A DNA stretch of 64,000 nt from Christensenellales bacterium (GCA_050953005.1 JBMNLV010000013.1:29465-93464), one strand, 5' to 3'; counted from the stretch's first letter, positions 18,075-27,915 are shown. Numbers and translations are program-made. The notes: generated from the sequence alone by a model not told the origin.

Positions 18075-18765
18075 TCCGGATGCTCAGCCCTGCAGCTTTG
18101 CTGGTATTCAAACAAGACCAGTTGCTGTGGCACCTCACGCCCGGTACGGTACAGCCACACATATAACTTTTACTTTGCGCCTTTTTCCCCGGCTCGTTCA
18201 GCGCCTGCAAGGTGGTTTCATCCGCGTACAGTATATCTTGCTTCAGCAGTTCCGCCTTCATCCGCTCGTAGACCGGCTGAAGCCAAAGGGCTGTCGCTTT
18301 CAGCAGCCAGTTGGACATGGTTTGCCGGGACAGCGGTACACCTGCCCGGCTATATTCCTGTTCCTGGCGATATAGCGGAGAATACATGACTATTTCTAGG
18401 TCATGATATGAGCAATGGCCTCCGGCGTGGCAATGCTGCCCTTGATGACCGCCGGGTCTGCCTGAGCGGACTTTACCGGGGTTGTGATGTCATGCTCCTG
18501 ACAGTGTTAGCAGGTGTATTTGTGCATATGGGTTTCTTCCACTACAAACCTGGCCGGGATGATTTTCAGGCGCCTGGTAACATCCTTGCCGATGTCACTC
18601 ATTTGCCCCTGACACTGGGGGCATACACATTCCTCTTTCGTCAGGGTCTTCTCAATGACCTCTACCTCGATATCTTCCGGCAGTTTTTCCTGGGTGGAAC
18701 GGCGGCGCGCTTTCCACGCATGCGCTTTCACTGCGACTGTCCTACACTTGACTGTTAACATCACC
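18075..18765 (-). pseudogene. IS66-family transposase remnant (zinc-finger and first part of the DDE domain; lacks both ends)
   Basis: Segments VKAHAWKARRR..LPEDIEVEVIE..CPQCQGQMSDIGKDV..IPARFVVEETHMHKYTC, then YSPLYRQEQEYSRAGVPLSRQTMSNW...ADETTLQALNEPGKKAQSKSYM and, after a frameshift, WLYRTGREVPQQLVLFEYQQS..EHPEEF. Contains in-frame stop codons (TAA, TAG) and frameshifts. Homology stops near 18075. Confidence 0.75.
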
Positions 18766-18838
18766 CATGTTAACCTACAGCCAAGGAGGGATAAAGACAA
18801 GCTTTGCTCCACAACAAATAAGCAACTCAAGCTAATTT

Positions 18839-18990
18839 ATTCCAATCTTTATTATATCGTCGCACCGGGTCTTTGATTGCCCTACTATGTTAGTCGACCT
18901 CAACGTAGCTTAAGCTACGCCATCGGTTTCTTTCCTTGCAGGGCAATAAAATCCCTCGCCGCTTTAGATGCAATAAAGTTTTTCATTACA
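18839..18990 (+). repeat. interspersed repeat family A, copy 2 (AT-shifted variant)
   Basis: Alignable with 6161..6331 and 34067..34220. Contains the palindrome cgtagcttaagctacg at the conserved hairpin position. Confidence 0.6.
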
Positions 18991-19027
18991 TAAATCGTGT
19001 GATATTATTATCTTTAAAGGTGAATCG

Positions 19028-21400
19028 ATGAGTATTGTATACAATCCTTTGTTGATTGGAGACTATCCTTTATTTGAGGTAGCTTTTCTTCATGGTCATC
19101 ATCATTTTTCACTACAGGAGCATTCAAAAATTGAATTTATTTATGTACTCAAAGGAACGGTTACAGTTGTGACGAACGAGAAAGAATATTACCTGTCAAA
19201 GAAAAACTTTGTTCTTCTTTCGTCGCATCAACAGCACACTATTTCACCTTCTACTAAAGCACTCTTTGTTTCTATACGTTTTGCGGCAGATATTGAAAAA
19301 CGGTATTGTTCATTTTACGGTTTGGGGGGGTCTTGGGATGAAATTCGAAAAGAAGAAACAGAAAGAATCCAGATGACTTTCGAGAAAATGATCCTTTGGT
19401 TTCTTGATCAAAATCCAAAGAGTATTATGATTTGTCAGAGTTTATTTTTTGAACTAATTTACCTTTTTGCAAGCATATTTCAGAATAAAAATAGCAACAA
19501 TTCAGAAACAGAGGAAAGAAAACTCATAATTGAGAAATATTTAATGGAAAATTATCGTGCTCCTATCGGACTTTCTGATTTAGCAAAACATCTGCATCTT
19601 TCAGAAGTGTATTTATCAAAAATCTTTAAGCAAATGTTCGGAAAAAATTTCCATGATTACCTAAAGGGAATACGTTTGGAGGCTGCAAAAGAAGATCTTA
19701 TATATTTTGAAAATCGCAGAATTCTTCAGGTTGCTATAGAGAACGGATTTCCGAATATTTCCTCTTTTAACAATATCTTTAAAAAAAGTACAGGATTGAC
19801 TCCACAGGCCTTCCGATCACAACAACTACAACAAAAGAAGACCAATTTAGAAGATGATAAAGTAGTTTTACAAACTCTTTCAATTTTACAAAGTACATTA
19901 GATAAAGAAAAAGTGAAAATGAAAGTGATTGAGTGTATGGTAAATGAAGGCATGCCCTATGATAAGGGATGGGAGCATGCAATAAATGTTGGTAGAATAA
20001 CAGATTTGTTTCGCTTTGATATACAGAACCACATTCGACAGCTTTCGCGAGATTTCTCTTTTCGTTACTTGAGAATATGGGGGCTTTATGATGATGAACT
20101 TCATATCTTTTCTCGTTGGAGAAAAGAGAAGCATGACCAATCACTTCAATTTGATTTTTCCAGGTTGGACCGTATACTGGATTTTCTTGGAGAACTAAAG
20201 CTCATACCGTATATTGAGATGGGATTTAAGCCAAAGCTACTGATTCGGTCTGAAGGAGACGCGATCCTTCATGAGAATGCGGTTATTCCTTGGAAAAATC
20301 CTGAAGAGAGCCGCCTATTCTTTCGAAGTTTTTTTACTCATCTTACTCAACGTTATGGAAGCGAAGAAGTTGGAAAGTGGTATTTCGAGCTTTGGTATAA
20401 TTATTTTGATGAAAATGGCAGTACAGTTCAATACTATATTGAGCTCTTCTCTATAATCGAAGATGAGCTTAGACAGACAGTTCCATATGCAAAGCTAGGC
20501 GGAATTGGAGATTTCCCAGATTTAATGAGAGATTCGCTTCGCTCTGTCAGTACAAGATTTGATTTTTTATCAGCATACAGTTATTCGTTGTTTAATCGTT
20601 CTTCTTCTACAGAAAGAACAGCAATAAAAACCTTTGACCTGATGCCAACTATTGATCAACTACATGCGCTTGCAGCAGAAAACCCCAAAAGCCAAGAAAT
20701 CCATATTACAGAATGGAGCTCGTCTGTTTCAAGTAGAAATCAGATGAACGACAGTTCGGATAAAGCCTGCCATATTATTCAAGATTGTATATCCTCTATC
20801 GGGAAAATAGACATGCTTATATACTGGCATGCATCTGATTTGAATGCCGAATACAAGGACACTCAGAGTCCTCTGTTTGGTGGAGCTGGACTTTTGACTA
20901 TACATGGAATTCAAAAGCCAGTTTATTATGCTTTTCGTTTTTTGCATTATATGGGGTCCATTCTTCTTTGGAAAAACGAAGAGACGCTTATCACAAAAGA
21001 TATTTGGGGTGATTATCAGATCCTTTGTACATATGGAAGAGGACTGCGGCTGGAAGCTAATATATCATTTGAGGAAGATTTGCAGTATCTTTCAGAAGAA
21101 GATATTTATGAGCAAAAGGAGCAGGAAAAGCGAATCTTTGTATTGAAGAATATTTCTTCAGGAAGTTATAGAATCACAAGCAGGCTAATTAACCCAAAGA
21201 CAGGGAGCATTGATACTTTGTTCCGTGGATTAGGGAAGAAGGAAGATGAACTGTTAAAGGAGGATATTTTTCTACTGTCGAAGCGCTGTATTCCGTCTAT
21301 TATAACGGAAAAGGTAGAGTCATTAAATAACCAGCTTTCGGTTACTATTATTATGGAGCCTGGAGAATTTCGTTATATCAACATCGAACGAATCAAGTGA
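19028..21400 (+). CDS. AraC-family transcriptional regulator fused to a GH39-like glycoside-hydrolase-fold domain
   Basis: 790 aa. Has an N-terminal cupin-like sensor and an AraC HTH (LSDLAKHLHLSEVYLSKIFKQMFGKNFHDYLKGIRLEAAKEDL...GFPNISSFNNIFKKSTGLTPQAFR). The C-terminal ~500 aa follow the GH39 pattern (FRYLRIWGL, PYIEMGFKP, RYGSEEVGKWYFELW, IHITEWSS, GGAGLLTIHGIQKPVYYAFRFL). Confidence 0.75.
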   Translation: MSIVYNPLLIGDYPLFEVAFLHGHHHFSLQEHSKIEFIYVLKGTVTVVTNEKEYYLSKKNFVLLSSHQQHTISPSTKALFVSIRFAADIEKRYCSFYGLGGSWDEIRKEETERIQMTFEKMILWFLDQNPKSIMICQSLFFELIYLFASIFQNKNSNNSETEERKLIIEKYLMENYRAPIGLSDLAKHLHLSEVYLSKIFKQMFGKNFHDYLKGIRLEAAKEDLIYFENRRILQVAIENGFPNISSFNNIFKKSTGLTPQAFRSQQLQQKKTNLEDDKVVLQTLSILQSTLDKEKVKMKVIECMVNEGMPYDKGWEHAINVGRITDLFRFDIQNHIRQLSRDFSFRYLRIWGLYDDELHIFSRWRKEKHDQSLQFDFSRLDRILDFLGELKLIPYIEMGFKPKLLIRSEGDAILHENAVIPWKNPEESRLFFRSFFTHLTQRYGSEEVGKWYFELWYNYFDENGSTVQYYIELFSIIEDELRQTVPYAKLGGIGDFPDLMRDSLRSVSTRFDFLSAYSYSLFNRSSSTERTAIKTFDLMPTIDQLHALAAENPKSQEIHITEWSSSVSSRNQMNDSSDKACHIIQDCISSIGKIDMLIYWHASDLNAEYKDTQSPLFGGAGLLTIHGIQKPVYYAFRFLHYMGSILLWKNEETLITKDIWGDYQILCTYGRGLRLEANISFEEDLQYLSEEDIYEQKEQEKRIFVLKNISSGSYRITSRLINPKTGSIDTLFRGLGKKEDELLKEDIFLLSKRCIPSIITEKVESLNNQLSVTIIMEPGEFRYINIERIK

Positions 21401-21687
21401 TTTTTTTTCGAAGCATTTTGTAATAAGATTATCGGTAAAAGCATGCTAAGAAAATAGTAAGTTTCTTAACCTAGTTATATTTTTTATATGTCAATGAGAT
21501 AAAAAATCACCATAATTAAATCCCAACATACTAAAAAATGGTTAGATAATAACCAAATTTTGAAGTACCATTGCATTCAACAAATGGGAGGGAGGTGCCC
21601 CCAAATTGATGGGAAGTGCGGACAAAAAGAGTTTCATGATATTTCTCTTTTATCCACACTCTAGTAAAAAGAAAGGAGAAACGGTTT

Positions 21688-22686
21688 ATGGGTAGAATCA
21701 AAAGAGCAGTAAGCCTTTATAGCTTCCAGGATAGATATGTAAAAGGGATCATGCAGCTGGAAGATATGTTCGCATATCTGAAGGAGAACAACTGCGGGAT
21801 GGAGATTCTGACTGACCAGATGGTTCCAGGAGCTCCTCGTCCTACAGAGGAAACTTATGCCTGGTGGGATAATTTGATGAATAAATATCAAGTGACACCG
21901 GTAATCAATGATATTTTTGTCAATATCAATCTTTTTAAAGGACGGGAAGTTTCACCCAAGGAAGGAGCTAGCATGCTCATTGACGAGCTAAGGATGTCAA
22001 AAAGGCTAGGTTTTCCGATGGTTCGCTTACTATCCTTAACGCCTGTGTCAATCATTGAACGTGCATTGGATGAAGCAGAAAAACTAAATATTACCATAAC
22101 AGCAGAAATTCATGGAAGCATGTCCTTTGATAATCCCAACTCTGCTAATTTTATTAGACTGATGCGGGAAAGCAAATCCAGCAGACTGGGTCTTGTTATT
22201 GACACAGGTATTTTTTGCCGGAAGTTTCCACGTGCAGTCAGAATGTATCATAGTACACTGGGCACCAATGAAGCCGTTTGCCAGTTTGTGGATGATGTAT
22301 ATGACAGAGGCGAGGATATTTTGTCTCTAATTAAGAAAAATGGTGGACAAGCACCGGATGATTTAAAAAAACTCTACACTGGTCCTTATGACTCTGAATA
22401 CATAGATTTAGCTTGCACTTTTGAGAACGCTCCTATCAATATTCTTGATGAGTACTTGCCTCATGTCTGTCATTTCCATGGGAAAGTTTATGAGATGACT
22501 GAAAATGGGCAGGAATATTCAATTTCCTATCCAGAATTGATTGATTACCTGAAAGCTCATAATTATGATGGATATATTGCCACAGAATATGAAGGAAATC
22601 GCTACACATTGCCCGGTCATCCTGTGATCGAAATGGAACAGGTAAACGCTCATCAGAACTTATTACGTCAACTCTTAGGCGAATAA
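21688..22686 (+). CDS. xylose-isomerase-like TIM-barrel protein, candidate C-glycoside deglycosidase alpha subunit
   Basis: 332 aa, TIM-barrel isomerase/epimerase-like (MVRLLS, TAEIHG, HFHGKVYEM, YIATEYEGNR). Followed 13 nt later by a small DUF6379-like gene and, in the same island, a Gfo/Idh/MocA oxidoreductase. Confidence 0.6.
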   Translation: MGRIKRAVSLYSFQDRYVKGIMQLEDMFAYLKENNCGMEILTDQMVPGAPRPTEETYAWWDNLMNKYQVTPVINDIFVNINLFKGREVSPKEGASMLIDELRMSKRLGFPMVRLLSLTPVSIIERALDEAEKLNITITAEIHGSMSFDNPNSANFIRLMRESKSSRLGLVIDTGIFCRKFPRAVRMYHSTLGTNEAVCQFVDDVYDRGEDILSLIKKNGGQAPDDLKKLYTGPYDSEYIDLACTFENAPINILDEYLPHVCHFHGKVYEMTENGQEYSISYPELIDYLKAHNYDGYIATEYEGNRYTLPGHPVIEMEQVNAHQNLLRQLLGE

Positions 22687-22699
22687 GGGAGGTAGAATT

Positions 22700-23095
22700 A
22701 TGTTTGATAATTATATCTACATCGATGGTAGCTTAAAAAATATTATCCGCAATGGAAAAAAAGTCGGTTTTGAAATGAAAACAGGCATGCCCTATTATCG
22801 TGGCGTTCCCCTTTCTTTGGTTCGTGATCTATCAGTTGAAGTGGACGGAAAAATTTATGATAAAGAAAAGTTGCTTTTTAGTGTAGATAATGAGGAGTTT
22901 TTCTCGCTGAAAAAAATGGAGACTGTTTACAACATTAAATGGGAGTATGGTGTGCCGGCTACTGTTCGTGTTATGGAAGAAGGCGGACTGGAAAAAGGAG
23001 AACATAGAGTTAAACTCTATGTCAGTATCATAATTCATTACGTTCCTTTCCCTTCGGCTGGTACACGTACGGTGATAGACTTTGTTGATGAATAA
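22700..23095 (+). CDS. small beta-rich protein, candidate C-glycoside deglycosidase beta subunit (DUF6379-like)
   Basis: 131 aa: MFDNYIYIDGSLKNIIRNGKKVGFEMKTGMPYYRGVPLSLVRDLSVEVDGK...GGLEKGEHRVKL. Size, pairing with a TIM-barrel gene and sequence pattern recall CGD beta subunits. Assignment is from memory and needs an HMM check. Confidence 0.5.
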   Translation: MFDNYIYIDGSLKNIIRNGKKVGFEMKTGMPYYRGVPLSLVRDLSVEVDGKIYDKEKLLFSVDNEEFFSLKKMETVYNIKWEYGVPATVRVMEEGGLEKGEHRVKLYVSIIIHYVPFPSAGTRTVIDFVDE

Positions 23096-24587
23096 TGAAA
23101 GAGAATTGTCTATGGAAACGATTCTAGAACTGAAAAATATTACAAAGACTTTCGGAAAAGTAAAGGCACTGAGCAATGTAAGCATTGCTGTACGAAAAGG
23201 GGAAGTACATGCGCTGGTCGGAGGAAATGGTGCAGGTAAGTCTACCCTGATCAAGATTCTGACAGGTGCTCTCTCGCCTGATTCCGGGGAAATTATATTA
23301 AAAGGAAAGAAGTATAATTCTCTTACTCCATCAGAATCAATGAACGAAGGAATCTCCGTGGTTTATCAAGAGCTGAACCAGATGGAATCCATGACTGTAG
23401 CTGATAATATCTTCGTTGGGATACAAAAAAGTGGCTTTATAAACGACAAAGAACGAACTGCACAAACAGAAAAAATACTGGCTCGCTTTGAAACGAATAT
23501 AAGACCAACAGACATAATTGGGCATCTTTCTATAGCACAACGACAAATAGTCGAGATAACAAAAGCGATTTTTCATAAGGCAGATTTGATTATCATGGAT
23601 GAACCTACATCTTCGATCACAATGAAGGATCAGGAACTTCTCATGAACATCATACGCGGATTGCAGAAAGACGGAGTAACAATTATCTATATATCTCACC
23701 GCTTAGATGAGTTGTTTAAAATCTGCGACAGAGCTACTGTGCTTCGAGATGGTCAATACATTGATACCGTAGAAATTAGTAAAATAGATAAAAACGGTTT
23801 AATACGTCTCATGGTTGGGAGAGAACTCTCCGAAACTTTTCCCAAAACCTTTGGCCCATCTGATGAGATAGTTATGCGGGTTGATAAGTTGACTGGTAAC
23901 GGGGTCAAAAATATAACATTCGAACTTAGAAAAGGAGAGATTCTTGGCTTTGCAGGCTTGGTTGGTGCTGGGAGAACAGAGTTGATGCAAGTTATATTCG
24001 GAGCGGAAAAAAAAGAAAATGGTTCAATCACACTTAAAGGTAAAGAAGTAAATTTTCGGAATGTCCGGGACGCACTAGCTTCAGGAATTGCGATGATTTC
24101 AGAGGATAGGAAACAAGGTTGTATTCTGAGAAAACCGATTTTTTGGAATATCACACTTTCATGTCTTCGTAAGCTGAATGAATCGGCATTCATTGATCGA
24201 AAGAAGGAAGATATATTCACTAAAAAGATGATTCAAAAGCTAAGCATTAAGACTCCTTCTGTTACCAATCAAGTTGGAAATCTTTCTGGCGGGAATCAGC
24301 AAAAGGTAGTTATTGGCAAAGCACTTGCTGTGGATCCTGAGATATTGATTTTTGATGAACCTACCCGGGGTGTTGATGTTGGTGCCCGCTATGAAATATA
24401 TTCGGAAATTATAGAACTTACTAAGCAAGGCAAGTCTATAATCATGGTGTCCTCGGATATGGAGGAGTTGCTTGGGATTTCAGATCGGATTGTTATACTC
24501 CATGAGGGTAAGTTAGCTGGTATTGTTGAAAAAAATAAATTCATCCAAGAAACAGTTTTGCGATACGCATCTGGAGAGATAGTGTGA
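23082..24587 (+). CDS. sugar ABC transporter ATP-binding protein (two fused ABC domains, RbsA/MglA-type)
   Basis: 501 aa. Walker A GGNGAGKST, signature/Walker B LIIMDEPTSS, second signature LSGGNQQKV and ILIFDEPTRGVD. An alternative start METILELK lies at 23112. Confidence 0.9.
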   Translation: MLMNNERELSMETILELKNITKTFGKVKALSNVSIAVRKGEVHALVGGNGAGKSTLIKILTGALSPDSGEIILKGKKYNSLTPSESMNEGISVVYQELNQMESMTVADNIFVGIQKSGFINDKERTAQTEKILARFETNIRPTDIIGHLSIAQRQIVEITKAIFHKADLIIMDEPTSSITMKDQELLMNIIRGLQKDGVTIIYISHRLDELFKICDRATVLRDGQYIDTVEISKIDKNGLIRLMVGRELSETFPKTFGPSDEIVMRVDKLTGNGVKNITFELRKGEILGFAGLVGAGRTELMQVIFGAEKKENGSITLKGKEVNFRNVRDALASGIAMISEDRKQGCILRKPIFWNITLSCLRKLNESAFIDRKKEDIFTKKMIQKLSIKTPSVTNQVGNLSGGNQQKVVIGKALAVDPEILIFDEPTRGVDVGARYEIYSEIIELTKQGKSIIMVSSDMEELLGISDRIVILHEGKLAGIVEKNKFIQETVLRYASGEIV

Positions 24588-25534
24588 GAAAAATGAGCAA
24601 AAGAAGAACTTGTAATTTTGACATTGGGAAGCATTTATCTGATTTTTCTCTGGCTATATTATTAGTTTCACTTGTGATTGTATTTTCCATATGGACACCA
24701 AATTTTCTAGTGAGAGTTAACATTACTAATATCTTGGTACAGAATGTTCATATCGCAGTTTGTATGACTGGTGTCCTGATTATCATGATCAGCGGTGGAT
24801 GTGACCTGTCAATCGGATATCAGATTTCCTGTGTAGCAGTTCTGATGACTAAGCTGATTACAGAATATCAGGTAAATTCGGTTATCGCTATCATTCTTGG
24901 TGTTTTATTGGGAGCTCTTCTGGGGCTGTTTAACGGATTCATAGCTCAGAAGCTTAAGAGTCACCCTATGATGGTAACATTAGGTACAATGTCTATCTTT
25001 CAAGGCGTTAGTTATTTGATGAGCAATTCCAAGACTTACTTTAACCTGCCAACAACCTATAAAGTTCTTGGACAGTATCGTATTGGTGGATGGCTTCCAT
25101 TGAATGTGATTGTTATGGTTTTGATTCTAGTAGTGGTTTGGGTTCTGCTAGAAAAAACCTGTTTTGGACGTAACATTTATTCAGTGGGGGACAATCCAGA
25201 AGCCTCTCGTTTGGCTGGCTTGAATGTAAACAAAATCAAAATAATGGCTTTTGTCATTGCTGGAGTATTGGTTGGTATTTCTGCTGTTCTATTGAGTTCC
25301 CGTACAGGCTCTGCAGACTCAACCACCGGTCCTGGACTCGAAATCACCGGTATCACAGCATGCGTTCTAGGAGGTGTTGCACTTAAGGGTGGTGAAGGAA
25401 AACTCTGGCGTTGTATCTTTGCTGTATATGTTCTCGGTGTGCTTTCCAATGGTATGCAGTTAGTGGGCTTGGGAGTGTACCCTCAGTACATTGCAAAGGG
25501 TTGTAATTATGCTGACATCCATCTATCTCTCTAA
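24584..25534 (+). CDS. ribose-type ABC transporter permease (BPD_transp_2 family)
   Basis: 316 aa, multi-TM, RbsC-like (GGCDLSIGY, GRNIYSVGDNPEASRLAGLNV). The C-terminus may be frameshifted at the tt run at 25501-25502. The +1 frame reads ...KGVIMLTSIYLSNRKKKTA* ending at 25556. Confidence 0.85.
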   Translation: MRKMSKRRTCNFDIGKHLSDFSLAILLVSLVIVFSIWTPNFLVRVNITNILVQNVHIAVCMTGVLIIMISGGCDLSIGYQISCVAVLMTKLITEYQVNSVIAIILGVLLGALLGLFNGFIAQKLKSHPMMVTLGTMSIFQGVSYLMSNSKTYFNLPTTYKVLGQYRIGGWLPLNVIVMVLILVVVWVLLEKTCFGRNIYSVGDNPEASRLAGLNVNKIKIMAFVIAGVLVGISAVLLSSRTGSADSTTGPGLEITGITACVLGGVALKGGEGKLWRCIFAVYVLGVLSNGMQLVGLGVYPQYIAKGCNYADIHLSL

Positions 25535-25592
25535 TCGGAAAAAGAAGACTGCGTAATTTGCAGCTTCAAAATAATTAAGGAGGTATCTTAAA

Positions 25593-26668
25593 ATGAAACT
25601 TGCTAAGAAAGCTCTCTCTATCCTGGTGGCTGGTGCGATGATTCTCTCGATGTTGGTAGGTACTCTTGTTGTAGCTTACGCGGAAAGTCCCCAAAAAGCG
25701 TATAAAACAGGATTTGTGATTTATAGTACCGGGAATGAATTCTTCCAAGGTATGTATGACGCATTTGTTGAAACCTTTAGGAGCCATGGTTGGGAAGCAA
25801 CCGCTCAAAGTGGACAAGGCGATATAGCAAAGCAAATTGAGCAGATAGAGAATTACACTGCCATGGGTGTTGATGTACTTTTGGTATGGCCTACAGAGGG
25901 TGTCGCAGTTGATGACGCAATAAAAAATGCACAAAACAATGGTATAAAAGTTATGGAAATGGTTAATTGCGGAGAGAATTGGGATGTGATGCTGACCTCG
26001 GATATGAAAGAAATGCAGGAATACTGTAACAAAATGGCTTGCCTTTGGGTTGACAAAATGTTTCCGGATGCGGCCGATAGCACAGTAAATTGTGTTGTGA
26101 TTACTATGTACGCTAACCAGACCAATAAGGATCAGGCGGAAGTTGCGCTCCGCATTGGTGAATATGATTCCCGTATCAAAGTGCTGGGGGAATATACACT
26201 TACCCAAGAAACCATTGATGCTGGTGTTAAGGCTGCAGAAGACATTTGTAATCTGTATCCCGATTTCAACTTAATCATTTCTCCTCAGGGCACAGCTATG
26301 CTAGGTGTAAATCAGTATTTGACATCTATGGCTTCTCCTATCACAGATTATAGTAAAATGGCTATCTTTACTTGCAATGGTTCAGGGGAACAGATGTATC
26401 AAGCGATTAAAGCTTCCAAGAATAATGAAACACCCATGCGTGGTGCTCTGGTGACTAGTGGTGTGAAGCGATCTATGAAGATATCTACATGGTTGCCAGC
26501 GGGATTATGGATGGTTCCATTGAAACCCCTTTCATCTTTTATCCGCCTTACCTGGTCGTAGACGAGAACACTGCAAATGAAATGTTAGAAACAGACGATG
26601 TGCAGTCTCTTACTACTGATGATATTGACGTAGCATTTCCGTTCAGTCTATATAGCACAAAGGAATAA
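25593..26668 (+). pseudogene. periplasmic-binding-protein-type sugar ABC substrate-binding protein, 1-nt frameshift as sequenced
   Basis: Signal peptide MKLAKKALSILVAGAMILSMLVG and an RbsB/PBP1-like body. After ...LVTSGV (about 26465, gg run) the native-looking continuation EAIYEDIYMVASGIMDGSIETPFIFYPPYLVVDENTANEML...LYSTKE* is in the +1 frame and ends at 26668. Confidence 0.8.
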
Positions 26669-26689
26669 TGTAGAAGGAACAATGCCTGC

Positions 26690-27792
26690 ATGAGCAAACT
26701 GAAAATTGGCATCATTGGGTGCGGTGCCATTGCAAACCAAAAACATTTTCCAGCTATGAAAGATAATCAAGATCTTTGCGAAATCGTGGCTTTCTGTGAC
26801 ATCATTAAAGATCGTGCTAAAAGGGCAGCCATAGAATTCGGAACAAGCAATGCAAGGGTTTACGAGGATTATCGTGACTTGTTGGCTGACTCTGAGGCGG
26901 AAATAATTCATGTGCTTACACCCAATGTTTCACACTGTCTTATAACCGTTGATGCATTCGAGGCCGGTAAAAACGTCTACTGTGAAAAACCTATGGCTCA
27001 TAATTCCACAGATGCAAAAGCTATGATTAATGCTTGGAAACAAAGCGGAAAACAGTTCACTATGGATACCAGAATCGCTTCCGACCAGAAATTCAGAACT
27101 TAAAGAAAGCATGTGAGAAAGGAGACCTAGGCGATATTTACTATGGAAAAGCACATGCTGTTCGGCGGAGAGCTGTCCCTACATGGGGAGTGTTTCCGGA
27201 TAAATCCAAGCAGGGTGGAGGCCCATTGATTGACATCGGCACTCATGCGTTAGATATTACTCTCTGGTGCATGGATAATTACGACGTCGAAAGCGTTACA
27301 GGTAGTGTTTTCTATAAGCTGGGCAATCTGCCTCAAGCTACAGAAGGAAATGTTTTTGGTCCTTGGGATCCAGAAAAGTATGAGGTCGAGGATTCCGCAA
27401 TGGGTTTCATCAAGATGAAAAATGGCGCTGCAATTAATCTGGAAGCAGCTTGGGCAATTAATATGACGGAATCTAAAGAAGCCAGTACCACGTTATGCGG
27501 AACACTTGCCGGCGCAGAGATTCTCTCAGGAATGAGTTATCTGGAAGATCAGCTAATTTATAATCGTGGACGTAACGGTCAACTGATGGAGGAAAGAATT
27601 ACATCAGGTGGTAAAGTTGCCTACTTTGAAGGCGGTAGCAGAGATCCAGGAGTGATAGATAATCGTCAATGGCTCGAGGCAATACTCAATGATACAGAGC
27701 CATTGGTGAAGCCTGAGGAAGCACTCATAGTGACCTGTATTTTGGATGCTATCTATCAATCTGCTGAAAAGCACCAGGAAATTAGATTCTAA
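26690..27792 (+). pseudogene. Gfo/Idh/MocA family oxidoreductase, 1-nt frameshift as sequenced
   Basis: ORFs 26690..27103 (MSKLKIGIIGCGAIANQKHFPAM...VYCEKPMA) and 27034..27792 (GYQNRFRPEIQ...GGGPLIDIGTHALD...) are the two halves. Adding one G at 27064-27065 (atgg-a) gives ...GKQFTMGYQNRF.... Confidence 0.85.
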
Positions 27793-27845
27793 TACAAGGT
27801 TTATTGGGGGCGGGGCTGTAGCAAAACTCCAGTTCCACAACTGAG

Positions 27846-27894
27846 AAAAACAGAGCTTGAAGCAGCGAAAGCGGCGACATTGGCTCTGTTTTTT
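27846..27894 (+). terminator. possible intrinsic terminator at the island end
   Basis: aaaaacagagc ... gctctgtttttt. The 6-bp core stem has a long (26 nt) loop and is followed by a T run, so it is weak as a canonical terminator. Confidence 0.35.
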
Positions 27895-27915
27895 GGTAGA
27901 ATTGATGTGTGAAAA

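Noticed and set aside
16999-18387. 462-aa ORF as one protein
   Set aside because: The first 151 codons are a frameshifted IS66 transposase fragment read through into msrA. MsrA has its own RBS and start at 17934.
25593-26561. Taking the track ORF ends (26561 for the SBP, 27103/27034 for the oxidoreductase halves) as real gene boundaries or two separate genes
   Set aside because: Family-typical sequence continues uninterrupted in the adjacent frame after a single-base indel, so each is one gene.
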